A program made the position numbers and the translations under genes. The notes under the pieces are model-generated. The model was given only the letters and a program-made list of their open reading frames with translations, did no database searches and was not told the DNA's origin. A stretch of DNA of 64,000 nucleotides, from NCBI RefSeq assembly GCF_009914755.1, contig NC_060935.1; one strand, 5' to 3'. Source of the DNA: the human T2T-CHM13v2.0 reference genome, Homo sapiens. Of this stretch, positions 19,101 to 35,020 are shown in pieces; positions within the stretch are counted from its first letter, which is position 1; each line of letters starts with the position of its first letter.

Positions 19101-22100
19101 TGGATATTTGGACCGCTATGAGACCTACAGTAGAAAAGGAAATCACTTCATATAAGAACTACACAGAAGCGTTCTAAGAAACTACTTTGTGATGTGTGCA
19201 TTCAACTCAGAGAGTTGAACGTTCCTTTTGATAGGGAAGTTTTGAAACACTCCTTTTGTAGTACCTGCAAGTGGATATTTGTGCCACTTTGAGGCCTACG
19301 GTAAAAAAGGCAATATCTTCATGTAAGAGCTACACAGAGGCGTTCTCAGAAACTACTTTGTGTTGTGTGCATTCAATTCACAGAGTTGAACCTTTCTTTT
19401 GGTTGAGTAGTTGTGAAACACTCTTTTTGTAGAATCTGCAAGTGGACATTTGGAGCGCTTTGTTGCCTATGGTGAAAAAGGAAATATCTTCACATAAAAA
19501 CAAGACAGAAGCATTCTCAGAAACTTCTCAGTGATGTGTGCATTCAACTTAGAGAGAGTTGAACATTTCTTTTGATAGAGTAGTTTTGAAACACTTTTTT
19601 TTGTAGAATCTGCAAGTGGATATTTGGAGCACATTGAGGCTTTTGGTGCAAACGGGAATATCTTCACATAAAAACTAAACAGAATCATTCTCAGAAATAT
19701 CTTTGTGATGTGAGCATTCAACTCACAGAGTTGAAACTTTCTTTTGATAGAGCAGTTTTGAAACACTCTTTTTATAGAATCTGAAAGTGGACATTTGGAG
19801 TGCTTTGAGGCCTAAGGTGAAAAAGGAATATCTTCACATAAATACTACACAGATGCATTCTCAGAAACTTCTTTGTGATGTGTGCATTCAACTCACAGAG
19901 TTGAGCCTTTCTTTTGATAGAGCAGTATTGAAACACTCTTTTTGTAGAATCTGCAAGTGGACATTTGAAGCAATTTGATGCCTATGGTGAAAAAGGAAAT
20001 ATCTTCACATAAAAAATAGACAGAAGAATTCTCAGAAACTACTTTTTATGATTGCATTCAACTCACAGAGTTGAAGATTCTTTTTCATAGAGTAGTTTTG
20101 AAACACTCTTTGTAGAATTTGCAAGGGGATATTTGGACCTCTTTGAGGCCTTCGTTGGAAACAGGAATATCTTCACATAAAAACTAGACAGAAACATTCT
20201 CAGTAACTTCTTTGTGATGTGTGCATCAAACCCACAGAGATGAACCTTACTTTGATAGAGTAGATTTGAAGCAATCTTTTTATAGAATCTACAAGTGGAC
20301 AATTGGAGCGCTTTGAGACCTATGGTGAAAAAGGAAATATATTCACATAAAAACTAGACAGAAGCATTCTCACAAACTTCTTTGTGATGTGTGCATTCAA
20401 CTCACAGAGTTGAACCTTTCTTTTGATAGAACAGTTTTGAAAAAATCTTTTCATAGAATCTGCAAGCAGACATTTGGAGCGCTTTGATGCCTATGGTGAA
20501 AAACGAAATATCTTCACATAAAAACTAGACAGAAGCATTCTCAGAAACTACTTTGTTATGTTTGCATTCAACTCACAGAGCTTAACATTCGTTTTCATAG
20601 AGCAGCTTTGAAACACTCTTTTTGTAGAATTTGCAGGTGAATATTCGCACTGCTTTGAGGCCTTCATTGGAAACAGGAATATCTTCACATATAAACTAGA
20701 CAGAAGCATTTTCAGTAACTTCTTTCTGATATGTGCATTCAACTCACAGAGTTGAACCTTTCTTTTGATAGAGCAGTTTTGAAGCACTCTTTTTGTAGAA
20801 TCTGCAAGTGGACATTTGGAGCGCTTTGAGGCCTATGTTGAAAAAGGAAATATCTTCACATAAAAACTAGACAGAAGTATTCTCAGAAACTTCTTTGTGA
20901 TGTGTGCTTTCACCTCACAGGTTTGAAACTTTCTTTTGATAGAACGCTTTTGAAACACTCTTTTTGTAGAATCTGCAATTGGATATTTGGACCACTTTGA
21001 GGCATTCAGTGAAAACGGGAATATCTTCACATAAAAACTAGACAAAAGCATTCTCAGAAACTTCCTTGTGATGTGTGCATTCAACTCACAGAGTTGAACC
21101 TTCCTTTAAATAGAGCAGTTTTGAAACAGTCTTTTTGTAGAATCTTTAAGTAGATATTTGAAACGATTTGAGTCCTATGGAGGAAAAGGAATTATCTTCA
21201 CATAAAACTAGACAGAAGCTCTCTCAGAAACTTGTTTTAGATGTGTGCATTCAACTCACAGAGTTGAACCTTTCTTTTGATAGAGCAGTTTTGAAACACT
21301 CTTTTTGTAGAATCTGCAAGTGGCTATTTGGAGCTCTTTGAGACCTGCGATGGAAACGGGAATATCTTCACGTAAAAACTTGACAGAAGGATTGTCAGAA
21401 ACTTCTTTTTGACGTCTGCATTCAACTCAGAGAGTTGAACCTTCCTTTTGATAGTGCAGTTTTGAAACACTCTTTTTGTACAATCTGCAAGTGGACATTT
21501 GGAGCACTTTGAGTCCTTCATTGGAAAAGAAAGTATCTTCACAGAAAATCTAGACAGAAGCATTCTCAGAAACTTCTTTGTGATGTGTGCATTAAATACA
21601 CAGATTTGAACCTTCCTTTTGATAGAGAAGTTTTGAAGCACTCTTTTTGTAGAATGTGTAAGTGGATATTTGGAGCGCTTTGAGGCCTATGATGTAAACG
21701 AGTATATCTTCACATAAATATTAGACAAAAGCACTCTCAGAAACTTCTTTCTGATGTGTGCATTAAACTCACAGAGGTGCACCTTCCTTTTCATAGAGAA
21801 GCTTTGAAAAACTCTTTTTGTAGAATCTGCAAGCCGATATGTGGAGCTCTTTCAGGTCTTCAGTGGAAACGGGAATATCTTCACATAAAAACTAGACAGA
21901 AGCATTCTCAGAAACTTCTTTCTGATGTGTGCATTCATCTCACAGAGAGGAACGTTCCGTTTGATAGAGCTGTTTCAAAACACTCTGTCCGTAGAATCTG
22001 CAAGTGGATATTTAGAGCACATTGAGGACTTCGGTGGAAACAGTGTGTCTTCACATAAAACAACACAGAAACATTCTCAGAAACTTCTTTGTGACGTTTG

Positions 22101-25100
22101 CTTTCAAATCACAGAGTTGAACATTCCTTTTCATAGAGCAGTTTTGAGACACTCTTTTTGAGGAATTTGCAAGTGGATATTTGGACCGCTTTGAGGTCTT
22201 CATTGGAAACGGGATATATTCACATAAAAACTAGACAGAAGCATTGTCAGAAACTTCTTTGTGATGTGTGCAGTCAACTCACAGATTGGAAACTTTCTTT
22301 TGATAGAGCAGTTTGGAAACACTATTTTTGTAGAATCTGCAAGTGGACATTTGGAGTGCTTTGAGGCCTTTTGAGAAAAAGGAAATATCTTCACATAAAA
22401 ACTAGACAGAAGCATTCTCAGAAACTTCTTTGTGATGTGTGCATTCAACTCACAGACCTGAACCATTCTTTTGATTGAGCAGTTTTGAAACACTCCTTTT
22501 GTAGTATCTGCACATGGATATTTGGAGTGCTTTGAGGCCTATAGTTCAAAAGGAAATATCTTCACATAAAAACAAGACAGAAGCATTCTCAGAAACTTTT
22601 TTGTGATGTTTTCTTTCAACTCGCAGAGTTGAAACTTTTTTTTGATAGAGCAGTTTTGAAACACTCTCTTTGTAGAATCTGCAGGTGGACATTTGGAGTG
22701 CTTTGATGTCCCTGGTGAAAAAGGAAATATCTTCATATGAAACCTAGACAGAAGAATTCTCTGAAACTTCTTTGTGATGTTTGCTTTCATGTCAGAGAGT
22801 TGGACATTCCTTTTCATACAGCAGTTTTGATAGAGTTTTTCTTTAGAATTGGCATGTGGATATTTGGACCGCTTTAAAGCCTTTGGTGGAAACGGGAAAA
22901 TCTTTACATAAAAACTAGACAGAAGCATTTTCAGAAACTTCTTTGTGATGTGTGCATTCAACTCACAGAATTGAACCTTGCTTTTGATGTAGCAGATTTG
23001 GAACACTCTTTTTGAAGAATCTGCATTTGGATATTTGGAGCACATTGAGGCATTTGGTGGAAATGGAAATATCTTCACATAAAAACTAGATAGAATCATT
23101 CTCAGAAACTCGTTTTTCATGTGTGCCTTCAACTTACAGAGTTGAACCTTTCTTTTGATAGAGCAGTTTTGAAAAACTCTTTTTGTAGAATCTGCAAGTA
23201 GACATTTGGATCTCTTTGAGGCCTTCAGTGGAAATGTGAATATCTTCACATAAAAACTAGACAGAAGCATTCTCAGAAACTCCTTTGCGATGTGTACATT
23301 CAATTCACAGAGTTGAACCTTCCTTTGGACAGAGCAGTTTTGAAGCATTCTCTTTGTAGAATCTGCAAGTGGACATTTGGAGAGCTTTGAGGCCTATGAT
23401 GAAAAGGGAAATATCTTCACATAAAAACTAAACAGAAGCATTCTCAGAAACCTCTTTGTGATGTGTGAATTCAACTCACAGAGTTGAACATTTCTTTTGA
23501 TAGAGTAGTTTTGAAACACTCCTTTTGTAGAATCTGCAAGTGGACCTTTAGAGCACTTTCATGCCTAAGGTGAAAAAGGAAATATCTTCACATAAAAATA
23601 AGACAGAAGCATTCTTAGAAACTTCTTTGTAAAGTTTGCTTTCGACTCACAGAGTTGAACATTCCTTTTCATAGAGCAGTTTTGAAACACTCTTTTTGTA
23701 GAATATGCAAGTGGATATTTGGACCGGTTTGAATCCTTCATTGGAAACGGGATGTCTTCACATAAAAACTAGACAGAAGTATTCTCAGAAACTTCTTTGT
23801 GATGTGTGCATTCAACTCACAGAGTTGAACATTCCTTTTGAAAGAGCAGTTTCAAAACACTATTTTTGTAGAATCTTCAAGTGGACATTTGGACCTCTTT
23901 GAGGCCTTCGGTGGAAACAGGAATATCTTCACATAAAAACTAGACAGAAGCATTCTCAGAAACTTCTTTGTGATCTGTGCATTCAACTCGCAGACGTGAA
24001 CATTCCTTATGACAGAGCAGTTTTGAAATAAAACTAGACAGAAGCATTCTCTGAAACTATTTTGTGATGTGTGCCTACAACTCACAGAGTTGAACCTTTC
24101 TTTTGATAGAGCAGTTTTGAAACACTCTTTTTGTAGAATCTGCAAGTGGACATTTGGAGCACTTTGATGCCTATGGTGGAAAAGGAAATATCTTCACATA
24201 GAAACAAGACAGAATCATTCTCAGAAACTGCTTTGTGATGTGTGCTTTCAACTCAGAGGGACGAAAATTCCCTTTCATAGAGCAGTTTCAAAACACTCTT
24301 TTTGTAGAATCTGAAAGTGGATATTTGGACCACTTAGAGGCCTTCATTGGAAACGGGAATATCTTCACATAAAAACTAGACAGAAGAATTATCAGAAACT
24401 TCTTTGTGATGTGTGCATTCAACTCACAGAGATGAACATTCCTTTTGAAAGAGCAGTTTTGAAATGCTCTTTATGTAGAATCTGCAAGTGGATATTTAGA
24501 GCGCATTAAGGACTTTGGTGGAAAGGGTTTATCTTTACCTAAAAACAAGACAGAAGCATTCTCAGAAACTTCTTTGTGACGTTTGCTTTTAAATCACAGA
24601 GTTGAACATTCCTTTTCATAGAGCGGTTTTGAGACACTCTTTTTGTAGAATTTGCAAGTGGATATTTGGACCACTTTGAGGCCTTCGTTGGAAACGGGAT
24701 AACTTCACAGAAAAACTAGACAGAAGCATTCTCGGAAACTTCTTGGTAATGTGTGCATTCAACTCGAGAGGTGAGCCTTTCTTTTGATACAGAAGTTTTG
24801 AAACACTCTTTTTGAAGTATCTGCAAGTGAATATTTGGAGTGCTTTGAGGCCTATTGTGAAAAAGAAAATATCTTCACATAAAAACTAGACAGAAGAATT
24901 CTGAGAAACTTCTTTTTGATGTTTGCTTTCAACTCAAAGAGTTAAACCTTTCTTTTGATGGAGCATTTTTGAAACACTCTCTTTGTAGAATCTGCAGGTG
25001 GACATTTGGAGTGCATTGATGCCTCTGGTGAAAAAGGAAATATCTTCACATGAAATCTAGACAGAAGCATTCTCAGACACTTCTTTCTGATGTTTGCTTT

Positions 25101-28100
25101 CAAATCAGAAAGGTGGACATTCCTTTCCATACAGCAGTTTTGATACAGTCTTTCTTTAGATTTTGCATGTGGATATTTGGACTGCTTTGAGGCCTTGGGT
25201 AGAAACGGGAATATCTTTACATACAAAGCAGACAGAAGCATTCTCAGAAACTTCTTTGTGATGTGTGCATTCAACTCACAGAATTGAACCTTCCTTTTAT
25301 GGAGCAAATTTGGAACACTCTGTAGAATCTGCAAGTGGACGTTTGGAGCACTTTGAGGCCTATGGTGAAAAAGAAAATATCTTCACATAAAAACTAGACA
25401 GTAGCATTCTCAAAAACTTCTTTTTCATGTTTGCCTTCAATTCAAAGAGTTGAACCTTTCTTTTGATAGAGGAGTTTTGAAACACTCTTTTTGAGGAATC
25501 TGCAAGTGGACATTTGGATTGCTTTGAGGCCTGTGGTGAAACGAAATATCTTCACATAAAAACTAGTCAGAAGCATTCTCAGAGAGTTCTTTGTGATGTT
25601 TGCTTTAAACTCACAGAGTTGAACATTCCTTTTCATAGAGCAGTTTCGAAACACTCTTTGTGTAGAATCTGCAAGTGGATACTTGAACAGCTTTGAGGCC
25701 TTCTTTGGAAATGGGATATCTGCACATAAAAACTAGATAGACACATTCTCAGAAACTTATTTGTGTTGTGTGTATTCAACTCACAGACGTGAACCTTTCT
25801 TTCGATAGAGAAGTTTGAAACACTCTTTTTGCAGAATCTGCAACTGGATATTTGGAGCACTTTGAGGCCTATGGTGAAAAAGGAAATTTCTTCACATAAA
25901 ACTAGATGGAAGCGTTCTCAGAAACTTTTTTGTGAAGTGTACATGCAACTCACTGTGTTGAACCTTTCTTTTGATAGAGCAGTTTTGTAACACTCTTTTT
26001 GTAGAATCTGCAAATGGATATTTGGTGCCCTTCGAGGCCTATGGTGAAAAAGGAAATATATTCACATGAAAACTAGACAGAAGCATTCTCACAAACTTCT
26101 TTGTGATGTTTGCTTTCAACTCACGGAGTTAAACATACCTTTTCATAGAGCACTATTGAACCACTCTTTTTGTAGAATTTGCTAGTTGATATTTGGACCG
26201 CTTTGAGGCCGTCATTGGAAATGGGATATCTTCACATAAAAACTAGAAAGAAGCATTCTCAGAAACCTCTTTGTGATGTGTGCATTCAACTCACAGAGTT
26301 GAACTTTTTTTTTGATAGAGCAGTTTCAAAACACTCTTTTTGTGGAATTTGCAGGTGGATATTTGGAACGCTTTGAGGCCTTCTTTGGAAACGGGATATC
26401 TTCACATAAAAACTAGACAGAAGCATTCTCAGAAACTTTTTTGTGATGTGTGCATTCTACTCACAGAGTTGAATACTCCTTTTTATAGAGCAGTTTTGAA
26501 ACACTCTTTTAGGAGAATCCGCAAGTGGATAATTGGACCACTTTGACGCCTTCAGTGGGAACGGGAATAACTTCACATAAAAATTGGACAGAAGCGGTCT
26601 CAGAAACTTCTTCACAATGTGTGCATTCAACTCACACAGTTGAACCTTTCTTTTGATAGAGCAGTTTTGAAACACTCTTTTTGTAGAATCTGGAAGTGGA
26701 TACTTGGAGCGCTTTGAAGCCTATGGTGAAAAAGGAAATACCTTCACATAACAACTAGACAGAAGCATTCTCAGAAACTTCTTTGTGATGTGCGCACTCA
26801 CCTCTCAGAGTTGAACCTTTCTTTTGATAGAGTAGTTTTGTAACACTATTTTTGAAGAATCTGCTAGTGGATATTTGAAGCCCTTTGATGCCTATGGTGA
26901 AAACCGAATTATGTTCACATAAAAACTAGACAGAAGCATTCTCAGAAACTTCTTTGTGTTGTTGGTTTCCACTCACAGAGTTGAAAATTCTTTTTTATAG
27001 AGCAGTATTGAAACACTCTTTTTCTACAATTTGCAAGTGGATATTTGGACCACTTTGAGGTCTTCTTTGGAAACGGGATATCTTCACATAAAAACTAAAA
27101 AGAATCATTCTCAGAAAATTCTTTGTGATGTGTGCATTCAATTCACAGAGTTGATCATTCCTTTAGATTGAAGAGTTTCGAAAACTCTTTTTATAGAATT
27201 TACAAGTGGATATTTGGACCGCTTTTAGGCCTTCTTTGGAAATGGGATATCTTCACTTAAAAACTAGACAAAAACATTCTCCAAAAATACTTTGTGATGT
27301 CTGCATTCAACTCACAGAGTTGAACATTCCTTTTGATACAGCAGTTTAGAAACTCTCTTTGTCTAGAATCTTCAAGTGGATATTTCAACAGCTTTGAGGC
27401 ATTTGTTGGAAATGGGAATATCTTCACATAAAAATTAGACAGAAGCATTCTCAGAAACTTCTTTGTGATGTGTGCATTCAACAACTGACAGAGCTCAACC
27501 TTTCTTTTGATAGAGCAGTTTTGAAACACTCTTTTGGTAGAATCTGCAAGTGGACATTTGGAGCCCTTTGACGCCTATGGTGAAAAAGGAAATATCTTCA
27601 CATAAAAACTAGACAGAAACATTCTCAGAAACTTCTTTGTGATGCGTGCATTCAACTCACAGAATTGGACCTTTCTTTTCATTGAGTAGTTTTGTAACAC
27701 TCTTTTTATAGAATCTGCAAGCAGACATTTGGAGCTCTTTGATCCCTGTGGGGAAAAAGGAAATATATTCACTTAAAAACAATACAGAAGCATTCTCAGA
27801 AACTTCTCTGTGATGTTTGATTTCAACTCACAGATTTGAACATTCCTTTTCATAGAGTAGTATTGAAACACTCTTTTTGTAGTATTCGCAAGTGGATATT
27901 TTGACGGCTTTGAGGCCTTCATTGGAAAAGGAATATCTTCACAAAAAAACTAGACAGAAGCATTCTCAAAAATTTCTTTGTGATTTGTGCATTCCGCTCA
28001 CAGAGTTGAACATTCCTTTTGATAGAGCAGTTTCGAAACACTCTTTTGGCAGAATCTGCAAGTGCATACTTGGACCTCTTTGAGGCCTTCATTGGAAGCA

Positions 28101-29002
28101 GAATATCTTCACATAAAAATTAGACAGAAGCATTCTAAAAAACTTCTTTATGATGTGTGCATTCAACTCAGATAGTTCAACATTCCTATTGATAGAACAG
28201 TTTTGAAACACTCTGTCTGAAGAAACTGCAAGTGGATATTTGGACCGCTTTGAGGCCTTTGGTGGGAACGGGAATATCTTCACATAAAAATTAGACAAAA
28301 GCATTCTCAGAAACTTCTTTGCCATGTGTGACTTCAACTCACACAGTTGAACATTTCTTTTGATAGAGCAGTTTTAAAACACTCTTTATGTAGAATCTGC
28401 AAGTGGATATTTGGAGCACTTTGAGGCCTATGGTGAAAAAGAAAATAGCTTCACATAAAAACTAGACAGAAGCATTCTGAGAAACTTCTTTGTGATGTGT
28501 GCATTCAACTCACAGAGTTGAACTTTTCTTTTGATAGAGCAGTTTTGTAACACTATTTTTGTAGAATCTGCAAATGGACATTTGGACCCCTTTGATGTCT
28601 ATGGTGAAAAAGGTTATATGTTCACATAAAAACTAGACAGAAGCTTTCTCAGAAACTTCTTTGTGATGTTTGCTTTCCACTCACAGAGTTGAAAATTCCT
28701 TTTTATAGAGGAGTGTTGAAACACTCTTTTTCCAGTATTTGCAAGTGGACATTTGGACCGCTTTGAGTCCCTCTTTGGAAACGGGATATCTTCACATAAA
28801 AACAAAAAAGAAGCATTCTCAGAAACTTCATTGTGATGTGTGCATTCAACTCACAGAGTTGAACGTTCCTTTAGATAGAGCAGTTTCCTAACACTCTGTT
28901 TGTAGAATTTGCAAGTTGATATTTGGACTGCTTTGAGGCCTTCATTGGAAACAGGATATCTTCATTTAAAAACTAGACAAAAGCATTCTCAGAAACTTCT
29001 TT
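16127..29002 (+). repeat. Monomeric alpha satellite with irregularly alternating A- and B-type monomers (SF5 / R1-R2-like)
   Basis: Forward consensus CATTCTCAGAAACTTCTTTGTGATGTGTGCATTCAACTCACAGAGTTGAAC. Monomers end in either CTATGGTGAAAAAGGAA (A box) or CTTCRTTGGAAACGGGA (B box, mostly degenerate). The family label is an inference. Confidence 0.92.
24683..24699 (+). promoter_or_regulatory. Canonical CENP-B box (protein-binding site); first intact box found in the window
   Basis: CTTCGTTGGAAACGGGA matches NTTCGNNNNANNCGGGN. Confidence 0.9.
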
Positions 29003-29218
29003 TTTTTATTATTATTATACTTTTAAGTTTTAGGGTACATGTGCACATTATGCAGGTTAGTTACATATGTATACATGTTCCATGCTGGTGCGCTGCACCC
29101 ACTAACTCGTCATCTAGCATTAGGTGTATCTCCCAAAGCTATCCCTCCCCCTCCACCCACACCACAATTGCCCCCAGAGTGTGATATTCCCCTTCCTGTG
29201 TACATGTGATCTCACTGT

Positions 29219-33037
<3,819 letters not shown>

Positions 33038-33100
33038 TATGATGTTAGCTGGTTATTTTGCTCGTTAGTTGATGCAGTTTCTTCCTAGTCTCGATGGTCT

Positions 33101-34115
33101 TTACTTTTTGGCATGATTTTGCAGCAGCTGGTACCGGTTGTTCCTTTCCATATTTAGCACTTCCTTCAGGAGCTCTTTTAGGGCAGGCCTGGTGGTGACA
33201 AAATCTCTCAGCATTTGCTTGTCTGTAAAGTATTTTATTTCTCCTTCGCTTATGAAGCTTAGTTTGGCTGGATATGAAATTCTGGGTTGAAACTTCTTTT
33301 CTTTGAGCATGTTGAATATTGGCCCCCACTCTCTTCTGGCTTGTAGGGTTTCTGCCGAGAGATGCGCTGTTAGTCTGATGGGCTTCCCTTTGTGGGTAAC
33401 CCGACCTTTCTCTCTGGCTGCCCTTAACATTTTTTTCTTCATTTCAACTTTGAAGAATCTGACAATTATGTGTCTTGGAGTTGCTCTTCTCGAGGAGTAT
33501 CTTTGTGGTGTTCTCTGTATTTCCTGAATCTGAACGTTGGCCTGCCTTGCTAGATTGGGGAAGTTCTCCTGGATAATATCCTGCAGAGTGTTTTCCAACT
33601 TGGTTCCATTCTCCCCATCACTTTCAGGTACACCAATCTGACGTAGATTTGGTCTTTTCACATAGTCCCATATTTCTTGGAGGCTTTGCTCATTTCTTTT
33701 TATTCTTTTTTCTCTAAACTTCCCTTCTCACTTCATCTCATTCATTTCATCTTCCATTGCTGATACCCTTTCTTCCAGTTGATTGCATCAGCTCCTGAGG
33801 CTTCTGCATTCTTCACGTAGTTCTCAAGCCTTGGTTTTCAGCTCCATCAACTCCTTTAATCACTTCTCTGTATTGGTTATTCTAGTTATGCATTCTTCTA
33901 AATTTTTTTCAAAGTTTTCAAGTTCTTTGCCTTTGGTTTGAATGTCCTCCTGTAGCTCAGAGTAATTTCATCGTCTGAAGCCTTCTTCTCTCAGTTGTCA
34001 AAGTCATTCTCCATCCAGCTTTGTTCCGTTGCTAGTGAGGAACTGCGTTCCTTAGAGAAGGAGAGGTGCTCTGCTTTTTAGAGTTTCCAGTTTTTCTGTT
34101 CTGTTTTTTCCCCAT
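33101..34115 (-). pseudogene. L1 ORF1 (RNA-binding protein), frameshifted
   Basis: ATGGGGAAAAAACAGAACAGAAAAACTGG at 34115. The C-terminal 186 aa are open (KRPNLR..GVPE, ARREW, YPAKLSF). Span is 1015 nt versus 1017: two apparent 1-bp deletions near 34055 and 33995. Confidence 0.92.
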
Positions 34116-35020
34116 CTTTGTGGTTTTACCTACTTTTGGTCTTTGATGATGGTGATGTACAGGTGGGTTTTTGTTGTGGATGTCCTTTCTGTTTGTTAGT
34201 TTTCCTTCTAACAGACAGGATGCTCAGCTGCAGGTCTGTTGGAATACCCTGCCATGTGAGGTGTCAGTGTGCCCCTGCTGGGGGTGCCTCCCAGTTAGGC
34301 TGCTCTGGGGTCAGGGGTCAGGGACCCACTTGCAGAGGCAGTCTGCCTGTTCTCAGATCTCCAGCTGTATGTTGGGAGAACCACTGCTCTCTTCAAAGCT
34401 GTCAGACAGGGACATTTAAGACTGCAGAAGTTACGGCTGTCTTTTTGTTTTTCTGTGCCCTGCCCACAGAGGTGGAGCCTACAGAGGCAGGCAGGCCTCC
34501 TTGAGCTGTGGTGGGCTCCACCCAGTTTGAGCTTCCTGGCTGCTTTGTTTACCTAAGCAAGCCTGGACAATGACGAGCGCCCCTCTCCCAGCCTCGCTGC
34601 TGCCTTGCAGTTTGACCTCAGACTGCTGTGCTAGCAATCAGCGAGACTCCGTGGGCATAGGACCCTCCGAGCCAGGTGCGGGATATAATCTTGTGGTGTG
34701 CCGGTTTTTAAGCCCATCAGAAAAGTGCAGTATTCAGGTGGGAGTGACCCGATATTCCAGGTGCTGTCCGTCACCCCTTTCTTTGACTAGGAAAGGAAAC
34801 TCCCTGACCCCTTTGCTTCCCAAGTGAGGCAATGCCTCGCCCTGCTTCGGCTCATGCACAGTGCACACACCCACTGACCTGTGCCCACTGTCTGGTACTC
34901 CCTAGTGAGATGAACCCAGTACCTCAGTTGGAAATACAGAAATCACCCATCTTCTGCGTCGCTCACTCTGGGAGCTGTAGACTGGAGCTGTTCCTGTTCG
35001 CCCATCTTGGCTCCTCCCCC
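34116..35020 (-). promoter_or_regulatory. L1 5' UTR with internal sense and antisense promoter region (905 nt)
   Basis: Lies between the L1 5' end and the ORF1 ATG. The YY1 site reads AAGATGGGCG instead of AAGATGGCCG. Many CpGs have decayed to TG/CA. Confidence 0.85.
34570..34827 (+). CDS. L1 ORF0 homolog (antisense ORF in the 5' UTR), open, 85 aa; expression unknown
   Basis: MTSAPLPASLLPCSLTSDCCASNQRDSVGIGPSEPGAGYNLVV... resembles primate L1 ORF0 (MAGAPPPASLPPCSLISDCCASNQRDSVGVGPSEPG...). Splice-donor-like GT at 34676 and 34761. Confidence 0.6.
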   Translation: MTSAPLPASLLPCSLTSDCCASNQRDSVGIGPSEPGAGYNLVVCRFLSPSEKCSIQVGVTRYSRCCPSPLSLTRKGNSLTPLLPK

